From the NCBI GenBank assembly GCA_965221905.1, contig OZ244922.1, forward strand, positions 384,001 through 448,000: 64,000 nucleotides of DNA, written 5' to 3'. Each line of letters begins with the position of its first letter. Position 1 is the first letter of the stretch. Below, in pieces: positions 20,016 to 27,715 of the stretch. This DNA is from Chloroflexota bacterium (GTDB taxonomy: Bacteria > Chloroflexota > UBA11872 > VXOZ01). The notes beneath the pieces are model-generated. The model had not been told where the DNA came from, ran no database searches, and saw only the letters and a program-made list of their open reading frames with translations. The translations under genes and the position numbers were made by a program.

Positions 20016-20111
20016 GGGGCACCGCACGATCACTTCAGGGGATGCACGGCCCCTGGGACTCGATGCCACTCAATGCCAGCCGGAATAGTCCTGCCAATTG
20101 GCCTTCGACAG

Positions 20112-20304
20112 GCTCAGGCCGAACGGAAAAAGTGGAAGGCTGTGGGGAAGCCTGGGCCGCTCAGGCCGAACGGAGGAAGTGGAGGACTGTGGGGAAGCCA
20201 GGGCCGCTCAGGCTGAACGGAGGAAGTGGAGGACTGTGGAGAGGCCAGGGGCGCTCAGGCCGAACGGAGGAAGGGGAGGACTGTGGGGAAGCCAAGGCCG
20301 CTCA
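20112..20304. repeat. Tandem repeat, 47-bp unit x ~4.1
   Basis: GCTCAGGCCGAACGGAGGAAGTGGAGGACTGTGGGGAAGCCAGGGCC-like units start at 20112, 20159, 20206, 20253 and (partial) 20300. Confidence 0.92.
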
Positions 20305-20542
20305 ATCCGTTCGTGCGGGGCTTGTCTTTCCTGCATGTGACGAGGTATCGCAGGCCGAATGACGGCGCATGAGAAGTCCGAAGAAAGAATGACCGTCTTG
20401 GCCGCTCGAACTGAGCACTTCGAGATGCTCAGCACAGGCTCGTCGCAGCGCGAACGACGACATTTGAGAAGTCACAGAATTTAACAAGCCACAGAAGGCC
20501 AAGACTACCCGCAACCGCACGGAAAGCCAAGACTGACCGCAA

Positions 20543-20598
20543 CCGTTCGTACTGAGCACTTCGACAAGCTCAGCACAGGCCTGTCGAAGTATGAACGG
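20543..20598. repeat. Nested family-A palindromic element
   Basis: ACCGTTCGTACTGAGCACTTCGACAAGCTCAGCACAGGCCTGTCGAAGTATGAACGGT with complementary ends; degenerate twin at ~20404-20455. Confidence 0.75.
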
Positions 20599-20803
20599 TT
20601 GCGAGAGACAATTGGCATTCCTCTCAACATCCAAGCAAGCAAGAGCGACGGATTCTCACCGCTCTTCACATCATACGCGGTACAATACTACGTGTCGGCC
20701 ACAAGGCGAATGCACAGTTGAAAACGACTGGCCAGGCCTAGATGTCGGACGAAACGAAATGCAGCATCGATGAGAATTACCCAAGTGCTAGGGAACTGGG
20801 AGG

Positions 20804-21556
20804 ATGAATGTCATGAACAATGAAGAGACCCACGACCACGAGCATAACCAGGGGCGCTCGATTATTGCCCGGCAGCCGTACCGTCCGCCGCCATGCGAGG
20901 CAGACGACCAGGTAGAAGCGGCGGCAGAGCAGCATGCCGGCGAAACCCATGGCGGCGACGCGCATGCTCACGACGAGCACCAGCAAGCCGCCGAGACAGA
21001 TGAGCACGCCCATGACGCGCACGGGCATGGTGAGGCCGCCGCGGTTTCGTCCCCCGACGAGCACCGCCGCGCCGGCGCGGAGCAATTTCCTTCTATCGAG
21101 TGCGCGGTAATTACGGTGAGCGACTCCCGCACGGAACTTACCGACAAGTCCGGGGCGCTCATCCAATCTATGTTGCAGGAGGCCGGCCACGAGGTCGTCG
21201 GCTACCGGTTGGTGAAGAATGACGCGCAGCAAATCACGCAGGCGCTGACCCACATGCTGGCGGGCCGCGCGCGCTTCGTAATGTTGACCGGCGGCACGGG
21301 ACCCGGCACGCGGGATATCACAGTGGAAACGGTGCAGTCGCTGCTAGAGAAGGAGCTCACGGGCTTTGGGGAACTCTTCCGTATCTTGAGCTATGAGGAA
21401 ATTGGCGCAGCGACGATTCTGAGCCGCGCCACAGCCGGCCGCATCGGGAACAAATTCGTCGTCTGCTGCCCCGGCTCGTCCGGCGCCGTCCGTCTGGCGC
21501 TCAACGAAATTCTCATTCCGGAGCTAGCGCATATTCTGCGCGAAATGAATCGGTGA
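20804..21556 (+). CDS. moaB: MogA/MoaB-family molybdopterin adenylyltransferase-like protein with His-rich N-terminal extension
   Basis: VITVSD, DKSG, TGGTG...DITVE, GFGELFR, LSRATAG, CPGS motifs; GGAGG RBS. Confidence 0.85.
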   Translation: MNVMNNEETHDHEHNQGRSIIARQPYRPPPCEADDQVEAAAEQHAGETHGGDAHAHDEHQQAAETDEHAHDAHGHGEAAAVSSPDEHRRAGAEQFPSIECAVITVSDSRTELTDKSGALIQSMLQEAGHEVVGYRLVKNDAQQITQALTHMLAGRARFVMLTGGTGPGTRDITVETVQSLLEKELTGFGELFRILSYEEIGAATILSRATAGRIGNKFVVCCPGSSGAVRLALNEILIPELAHILREMNR

Positions 21557-21565
21557 GGTACGCTA

Positions 21566-22390
21566 ATGCGAGTGCTTTTTCTCGGAACAGGGGCGGCTGA
21601 AGGGTATCCGGCAGTCTTCTGCGAGTGCGCGCACTGCACGACAGCGCGTGCGCGCGGCGGGCGCAACCTCCGCCGCCGCTCCGCGTTGTTGGTGAATGAC
21701 GATCTCCTGATAGACATGGGCCCCGATCTGCTGGCGAGCATGCACGCCACCGGTGCGAACCTCGGGCGGGTCGCCACCATGCTCATCACCCACAGCCACG
21801 GCGACCACTTCCACCTTCCCAATCTCTACATGCGCCGGAGCAATTTCTGCGCCACGACACCCGCGCAGATGGATGTCTTTGGCACTCCTCCCACAATGGA
21901 AGCGATTAATACTGCGGCCAATGCGCGCAACCTATCCGCAGAGGAGTTTCATCTGCGCCTCAACACCATCAGGCCCGGAGATTCCTGGCAGGCGGGGCGG
22001 TATCGCGTTACCGCGTTTCAGGCCGCACACGCGGAGGAGCTGGAGCCGGTGATCTTTGCCGTGGAACAGGACGGCCGCACGCTTCTCTATGCGTCCGACA
22101 CCGGTCCCTTCCCGGCGGAAACATGGCAGCAACTCCGGGAGTTCAAGTTCGATTGCGCGGTCGTTGAATCCACCATGGGCATCGGCCCGCCGGGCACCCA
22201 CCATCTCTCCATGCACCAATGCGTCGAGCACCATCAGATGTTGGAAAACGAGGGCCTGCTGCAGCCCCGCGCGCGGCGCTACGCCACGCACTTCTCCCAC
22301 AACCGCACGCCTCCTTATCTGGAATGTGCGGAGTTCTTTGCGCCCCACGGCATCGAGCCCGCCTACGATGGGCTGGTTGTGCAAGTGTAG
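21566..22390 (+). CDS. MBL-fold metallo-hydrolase, PhnP-like
   Basis: LGTGAAEGYP..FCECAHC, THSHGDH, YASDT, THFSHN, AYDG. Confidence 0.85.
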   Translation: MRVLFLGTGAAEGYPAVFCECAHCTTARARGGRNLRRRSALLVNDDLLIDMGPDLLASMHATGANLGRVATMLITHSHGDHFHLPNLYMRRSNFCATTPAQMDVFGTPPTMEAINTAANARNLSAEEFHLRLNTIRPGDSWQAGRYRVTAFQAAHAEELEPVIFAVEQDGRTLLYASDTGPFPAETWQQLREFKFDCAVVESTMGIGPPGTHHLSMHQCVEHHQMLENEGLLQPRARRYATHFSHNRTPPYLECAEFFAPHGIEPAYDGLVVQV

Positions 22391-22675
22391 CAAGACTGGT
22401 GAAGCGAGTTGCCATTGTATGTGGCAAGTGATGGCGCAGTAAGCGTGGCTAGCTATTTCCGTGCGTACTTCGGCAGGCGCGTGCTGAGCTTGTCGAGGTG
22501 CTCAGCACGAACGGAAAGGGTAAAAATTCGATACCATGACCGTCGAGTTGCACTGCTGCGGAGCGCCGCGATCACGTGTTAGCAGCGCGGTGGCAGATGC
22601 ATGTTTCTCAGCGCTTGGGTAGGGTTTGGAATAAAGGCAAAGGGCTACTGTGGACTTAGGGCTGGTTGAAACGCG

Positions 22676-24046
22676 ATGAGCATATCACGCCGAAAATTCC
22701 TGCTCGCGGCAGGCGCACTGCCGGTGCTGCCGCTATTGGCGGCTTGTGGCAGCAGTATTCCCGATTCAATCCGTCCCGGTGGTGATGACAACGTGCCGAC
22801 AGTGCACGTGGTAGCGCCAAACATCACCCTCATCTCCGCTACCAATCTCATCCGCGCCATTGAAGCCTGGAACGGCGGCGGCATTGAGACGGCCGGGCCG
22901 AGAGAACGCTTCCGCATCTCCCTGCAGATCATCAAGGCCCGTGATGACGGCGGAGTAACCGCCAGCGGCAGTCCGCCGACGTGGACGTACTTTCGCCGCG
23001 GCATCGACGCCGAGGCCGCAGCCGGGCGTCCGGCGGACATTGTCATGCTTACCGGCGGCATATTCACGCTGCCGGGTATTGCCAGCCCGCTCTTTGGGCC
23101 GCTCAACGACTACGTGCAGCGCGACCGAGGCTTTCTTAACGAGTTTGTCACCCAGGCAGTGGAGACGACAACGTTTGGGGGGCGGATACAGGCGGTGCCG
23201 GTGGTGCTCGGCGCCGGTGTGATGGCATGGCATCAGGATCGCTTCAATGACACCGACCTGCCGCCGCCGCCCGCAACGTGGACCTGGAACGATTTGGTGG
23301 CGATGGGCCAAGAGTTTATGACCGCGGCGCGTGAGCGCAACAAAGACAAGTGGTGGGCGATTAGCGAGGGTGTCTATACGGCGCTCTGGGCGCACCTCAT
23401 GACGCAGGCCGGCGGCGGCGTGTTGGACATGAGCGAGGGGCGGCTGAGCCTCACGTCTGCGCAAACTCAGGAAGCGCTTGAGTTGTGGCGCGATCTCGCT
23501 TACACGCACCGCATCATGCCGACAAGCGCCGACATGACCTACCACGACATGACGCGCTTGGTGCCGCGCAGCGAGGCCGCGCTCCATCACGCCATGATCT
23601 ACTCCGGCGAAAACATCGGCCGCGACTGGAAAGTGCAGCACTCGCCGTCGTTTGCCGGAAACGCCAACAGTTCGCTCTACGTGATGGACGTTTTGGGCAT
23701 CCACGGCAAGTCAGTGCAAACCGAGTTGGCATATGAGGCTATCAAGGTGCTCGCGCCCTATGTGGCGGAGCGCTCGATGGTGCCGGCCTGGATTCCGGCC
23801 CTCAAGCACGTTGAAAAACCTTCCGGCGAACGACCGGAGCTTGCGATGGTGGAAGAGCGCGTACCGGTGGTATTGGAGGTGTTGCGCAGCGGCCGGGGCA
23901 CGACGACTCTCCCCTGGACGGAGATCGGTACACTGCTGCAAAGGAACCTCATCCGGCCGCTCTACACCGGCGAACGTACCCTGGCCAATGCCACCGAACG
24001 CGCCACCCGCGCCGTCGCCAACGCCCTGCCGGGAGTTTTGGTCTAG
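22676..24046 (+). CDS. Extracellular solute-binding lipoprotein (ABC, carbohydrate-type), Tat-exported
   Basis: SRRKFL twin-arginine motif, LAAC lipobox, PPATWTWNDL motif. Confidence 0.8.
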   Translation: MSISRRKFLLAAGALPVLPLLAACGSSIPDSIRPGGDDNVPTVHVVAPNITLISATNLIRAIEAWNGGGIETAGPRERFRISLQIIKARDDGGVTASGSPPTWTYFRRGIDAEAAAGRPADIVMLTGGIFTLPGIASPLFGPLNDYVQRDRGFLNEFVTQAVETTTFGGRIQAVPVVLGAGVMAWHQDRFNDTDLPPPPATWTWNDLVAMGQEFMTAARERNKDKWWAISEGVYTALWAHLMTQAGGGVLDMSEGRLSLTSAQTQEALELWRDLAYTHRIMPTSADMTYHDMTRLVPRSEAALHHAMIYSGENIGRDWKVQHSPSFAGNANSSLYVMDVLGIHGKSVQTELAYEAIKVLAPYVAERSMVPAWIPALKHVEKPSGERPELAMVEERVPVVLEVLRSGRGTTTLPWTEIGTLLQRNLIRPLYTGERTLANATERATRAVANALPGVLV

Positions 24047-24131
24047 TGCGCTATCTCGGACAAGGCCCGTTGACGGCTGGCAATTCGTGAACGTGTGGAC
24101 GTGATGCGGCCTTGAATCAGTCTACGATAGA

Positions 24132-24512
24132 TCAGGCTACTAGCGGCTCCAGCTTCCCCAGCAGTACTTCTACCCGCTTGATGCCGTCTTGCACGAATTC
24201 GTCCGTCTGCCAGTTCTCATAGAAGTTCATGTGCAACGAATTGGCTGTGCTGAATAGGCCACGAATTTGAGAGTCGTTCGTCTCGCGATATATTCTATCG
24301 ATTGCCTCGAAGAGGTACCGGTGTCCGTCGTGTTGCCACCCTCTCTGCTGAGCAACGGCTTTCACCGCATGCGCAGCCGCGCCCCAGGCCTTCTCTGAGG
24401 CTTGAAGCTTGTCGCCTTTAGCAAACTCTTCCTCCGCTTGACGCATGAATTGACGGCTAATGCGCACGTGCTCTTCTACCTTGCCGTCTCTGTTGTTGAC
24501 TTGCCTAGCCAC
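24132..24512 (-). CDS. PaREP1-family (HEPN-like) protein
   Basis: GDKLQASEKAWGAAAHAVKA...LHMNFYE signature. Confidence 0.82.
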   Translation of the reverse strand: MARQVNNRDGKVEEHVRISRQFMRQAEEEFAKGDKLQASEKAWGAAAHAVKAVAQQRGWQHDGHRYLFEAIDRIYRETNDSQIRGLFSTANSLHMNFYENWQTDEFVQDGIKRVEVLLGKLEPLVA

Positions 24513-24614
24513 GATATGCCCTCAGTCTAACTGCTGCCTATTTGCGTCATGGATATACTTTATACTATAGCACTTATTAGTTAGGCTATTGAGAATACTT
24601 AACTGGGCCGAACT

Positions 24615-25058
24615 TTATCGCCGTAGCCGAGCGACTTCGCGCCTTACCTCGATGAGGCAGCGTTGGAAGCGCACGTGGGGGACGGACAGGTTGTAGGTGC
24701 GAATACGGCGGTTGAGCGCGGAGGCATCTTCTCGAAACGTCGCCAGCGCCTGCTGCCAGCGTGATTCCGCCGCTGGGCCCGGCAGTTCTCCACCACGATC
24801 GCCTGTATACACCGACCACGCGCGCTCCAAGCGCTTCGTCGCTAGAGCCAGCGCCTCATCGATCCGACGGCGCTCCTCGGCCCAGGGCAAGCTCATGCCG
24901 CTATTGCGCAGGATGTGGCGCGCCATCCACTGCGCTGGATCCGAGAGGGGGCTCTCGTCCAGTTCGAGAGGCTTGCCCTTGACGGGCAAGTTCGCGAATT
25001 TCCCATTAGCAAACGCTTCTTGCAGCCGCTGCTCTACCAGCTTGCCCCACTTATCCAT
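24615..25058 (-). CDS. DUF1992 / DnaJC28-like domain protein
   Basis: EQRLQEAFANGKFANLPVKGKPL...ILRNSG...PW...NRRIRTYNLSVP; ATG overlaps the upstream stop (TGATG). Confidence 0.8.
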   Translation of the reverse strand: MDKWGKLVEQRLQEAFANGKFANLPVKGKPLELDESPLSDPAQWMARHILRNSGMSLPWAEERRRIDEALALATKRLERAWSVYTGDRGGELPGPAAESRWQQALATFREDASALNRRIRTYNLSVPHVRFQRCLIEVRREVARLRR

Positions 25059-25567
25059 CACGCGTTCCTGCCTGCGGGACGGGTGCCGTCGGCAACTGCC
25101 GCCAGACGTTCGAGGTAGCGCCACCAGCCCTCGTCGTGTATGTCGCGCTCTTGGGGAGGCGTAGCAGTGAAACCGGTCTGACGCAGAATCAAGACCGTGC
25201 TGCCACCGACGTCTTCAAGGGTGATGAGCACGTGGAGCGGCGGAAAGGACCAATGCGGATTGTGCCACGTGAAGCCAAACTTTCGGTTAGCGACAAAGTC
25301 CGTAACTTCCCCGGAAAACACGCTGACCGTGCCGTTTTCGTTGAAGAACACGAATTCCACTGCGCCGCCCGGATGCGGCTCGATGCCCGAGACCTGCGCA
25401 AACCAAAGCTCAATCCGATCCGGGTCTGTAAGCAGTGCAAAGACGCGCTCCCGTGAAGCGGCGATGCGCAGCGACATCTCGATCGTATCTATTTCGCGCT
25501 TATTGGGAGAGTTCTCAAAGGCACTCTGTGCGATTTCTTCAGGAGCGCCGCCGGCAGTTTCTTGCAT
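25058..25567 (-). CDS. SRPBCC/AHSA1 (START-like) domain protein
   Basis: IAASRERVFALLTDPDRIELWF...FTW...GWWRYLERL. Confidence 0.85.
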   Translation of the reverse strand: MQETAGGAPEEIAQSAFENSPNKREIDTIEMSLRIAASRERVFALLTDPDRIELWFAQVSGIEPHPGGAVEFVFFNENGTVSVFSGEVTDFVANRKFGFTWHNPHWSFPPLHVLITLEDVGGSTVLILRQTGFTATPPQERDIHDEGWWRYLERLAAVADGTRPAGRNA

Positions 25568-25668
25568 GGGACTCCTCTGTGTAAAGTTCGGGTCTCACGC
25601 GCCTTGTCTGAGATGAGTATATGGTGCTTCAACAAGTGTTCAGATTAAGTCGGTGTACAGGACTAGCG

Positions 25669-25696
25669 GTAGGGGCGGTTCGCGAACCGCCCCTAC
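25669..25696. repeat. Perfect 28-bp palindrome, GTAG-type REP (possible terminator role)
   Basis: GTAGGGGCGGTTCG|CGAACCGCCCCTAC, downstream of the enolase-family gene. Confidence 0.8.
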
Positions 25697-25738
25697 ACGC
25701 AGGGTTCGTTAATGTCAGGGGCTTACCTAGCGCGTCCC

Positions 25739-26896
25739 CTATTCATACACCGTTTCGCCCGTCTTATTGGCGTTGATGAAGTCCCAGTCGAGCTCCACGC
25801 CGAGGCCGGGACCCTCCGGCACGGCCACGCAGCCCTCAGAGTCCACGGAGTAGAGCTCGTCGCGCCAGCGCGGATCGGCGTAGATGGGCGCTTTGGTATG
25901 CGGCACATTGGGATGCACCAGGCCCAGTTCATAGTAATTGGTGTTGCGGATCGCCGCCATGCAGTGCCGATGGGCCAAGCCGCCGCCGTGCAACTCTACG
26001 TCCAGTCCATATGCCTCTGCCAGCACTGCCAGTTTCATCACGCCCGTAATGCCGCCGTCTCGCCCGGTACCGGCGCGCAGGTAGTCAACGGCGCCGGCGT
26101 GGATGGCATCGGCCTTGGTCTCCAATCCGCGGATGTGCTCGCCCATCAGCAACGGCGTCTTGATGAACTGGCGCAGCTTAGCATGCGCAAACTGGGAAAC
26201 GCCACCGCCGCGGAAGGCATCCTCATACCAGAAGTACTGCGCCTCGTCGCAGGCGCGCCCGACCTTCAGGACATCGTCGAACGTGCCGAACGCTCCAGCG
26301 GGGTCGAGCATGATGTCCATGTCGTCGCCCACGGCATCGCGAATTGCCAGCACCGCCGCAACCTCTCGCGAAATAGGCGCGCCGATCCAGCCATGAATCT
26401 TGAACGCCGGATAGCCGTACTCCTCCTTGCAGTGCAAGGCAAATTCGCCGTAGTCTTCCGGCGTGCTCAGGCCGCCGTTGTCATCGCCGTGGTAGGTGCT
26501 GGCGTAGCAGGGCAGGCGCGTGCGCCAGCCGCCGAGCAGAGTCGCTATCGGCACACCGGCCATCTTTCCGGCAATATCCCACAGGGCAACGTCATGATCG
26601 CCGGGGGGTGTGGACGTGGAACCGCGAAAGAGGCGCTTGAGGTCTTGCCAGATGATCTCGCGTTCCAGCGGATTGCGTCCAAGCAAATAGTGCGCCGTGC
26701 GGTCGTCAATGCCGCCGGGTATCTCTGCGCGCACGCCCGCATCGGTCTCGACAATCAGGATGCTGCCGCCGCCGCCCAAACGACTGCCTTCCTTATAGAC
26801 CATGTCAAAGCCGTACATGTCTTCCAGCGTGAGGTTCTGAATCTCGTGCGCGAAATGCGTCACCGCAATGCGCGTAATCTTCGGCGCTGCGCCCAT
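25739..26896 (-). CDS. Mandelate racemase/muconate lactonizing enzyme (enolase superfamily) protein
   Basis: DVALWDIAGK, FKIH, MLDP, WYED, MGEH, VELH, PEGPGLGVELD; ATG at 26896 with AGGAG RBS. Confidence 0.9.
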   Translation of the reverse strand: MGAAPKITRIAVTHFAHEIQNLTLEDMYGFDMVYKEGSRLGGGGSILIVETDAGVRAEIPGGIDDRTAHYLLGRNPLEREIIWQDLKRLFRGSTSTPPGDHDVALWDIAGKMAGVPIATLLGGWRTRLPCYASTYHGDDNGGLSTPEDYGEFALHCKEEYGYPAFKIHGWIGAPISREVAAVLAIRDAVGDDMDIMLDPAGAFGTFDDVLKVGRACDEAQYFWYEDAFRGGGVSQFAHAKLRQFIKTPLLMGEHIRGLETKADAIHAGAVDYLRAGTGRDGGITGVMKLAVLAEAYGLDVELHGGGLAHRHCMAAIRNTNYYELGLVHPNVPHTKAPIYADPRWRDELYSVDSEGCVAVPEGPGLGVELDWDFINANKTGETVYE

Positions 26897-27096
26897 AGTG
26901 CTCCGCTCCTTGCTGCTCCCTGCCATCGGTCAATTTCCTAGTAGGTTACCATCTTGAGCGCCTGTCCTTGCGCTATGTACCGTGATTTCTCTTCCAGTTA
27001 GTCCTTTTTCGTTCGCCAAGCAACCATTGGAGCAGCATGTCCCGGAGAGTGTACCCGACTCCTGTAGCGCGTCGCCGTGGCCTACCGTTTCTATCG

Positions 27097-27517
27097 CTGA
27101 ATCACGCAGCAGGCACGTAACAATGCCTCCCATTGGATCCGGTACCGCAGGTTTGCAACCTGCGTCCTGAATCACGCAGCAGGCGCGTGACAGTACGCCC
27201 CATTGGATCCGGTACCGCAGGTTTGCAACCTGCGTCCTGAATCACGCAGCAAGCGCGTAACAGTGCGCCCCATTGGATCCGGTAGCGCAGGTTTGCAACC
27301 TGCGTCCTGAATCACGCAGCAGGCGCGTAACAGTGCGCCCCATTGGATCCGGTAGCGCAGGTTTGCAACCTGCGTCCTGAATCACGCAGCAGGCACGTAA
27401 CAATGCCCCCCATTGGATCCGGTAGCGCAGGTTTGTAACCTGCGTCCTGAATCACGCAGCAGGCGCGTAACTATGCCCCCCATTGGATCCGGTAGCGCAG
27501 GTTTGTAACCTGTGTCC
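27097..27517. repeat. Tandem array of 6 x 70-bp units, each carrying a GTAG-type REP hairpin (BIME-like)
   Basis: ATCACGCAGC recurs at 27101, 27171, 27241, 27311, 27381, 27451; each unit has GTA(G/C)CGCAGGTTTG(C/T)AACCTG(C/T)G. Confidence 0.95.
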
Positions 27518-27715
27518 GCTTGATGACGGGTAAATTCTCTAAATCGCATTTCCTCCCATTCGGAACCGTTAAGGCTGCGCCTTCGAAGGAATCCATGGAG
27601 ACGCTTAGCGTGCCGAACAAGGCGGGCGGAGGTCCGTTTCTGTGCTACAATGGGCGTATTCAACCTGCAGATTCACACTATTTAACACATTTTGCATGCG
27701 GAGGCGTGGGAAAAC

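Noticed and set aside
20112-20304. CRISPR array or coding repeat (ORFs 20042-20362, 20098-20340)
   Set aside because: Whole units repeat with no unique spacers; the ORFs are translations of the repeat without RBS or protein motifs
27097-27517. CRISPR array (70-bp period)
   Set aside because: The would-be spacers are near-identical variants of each other, the constant part is a REP found singly elsewhere, and no cas genes are present
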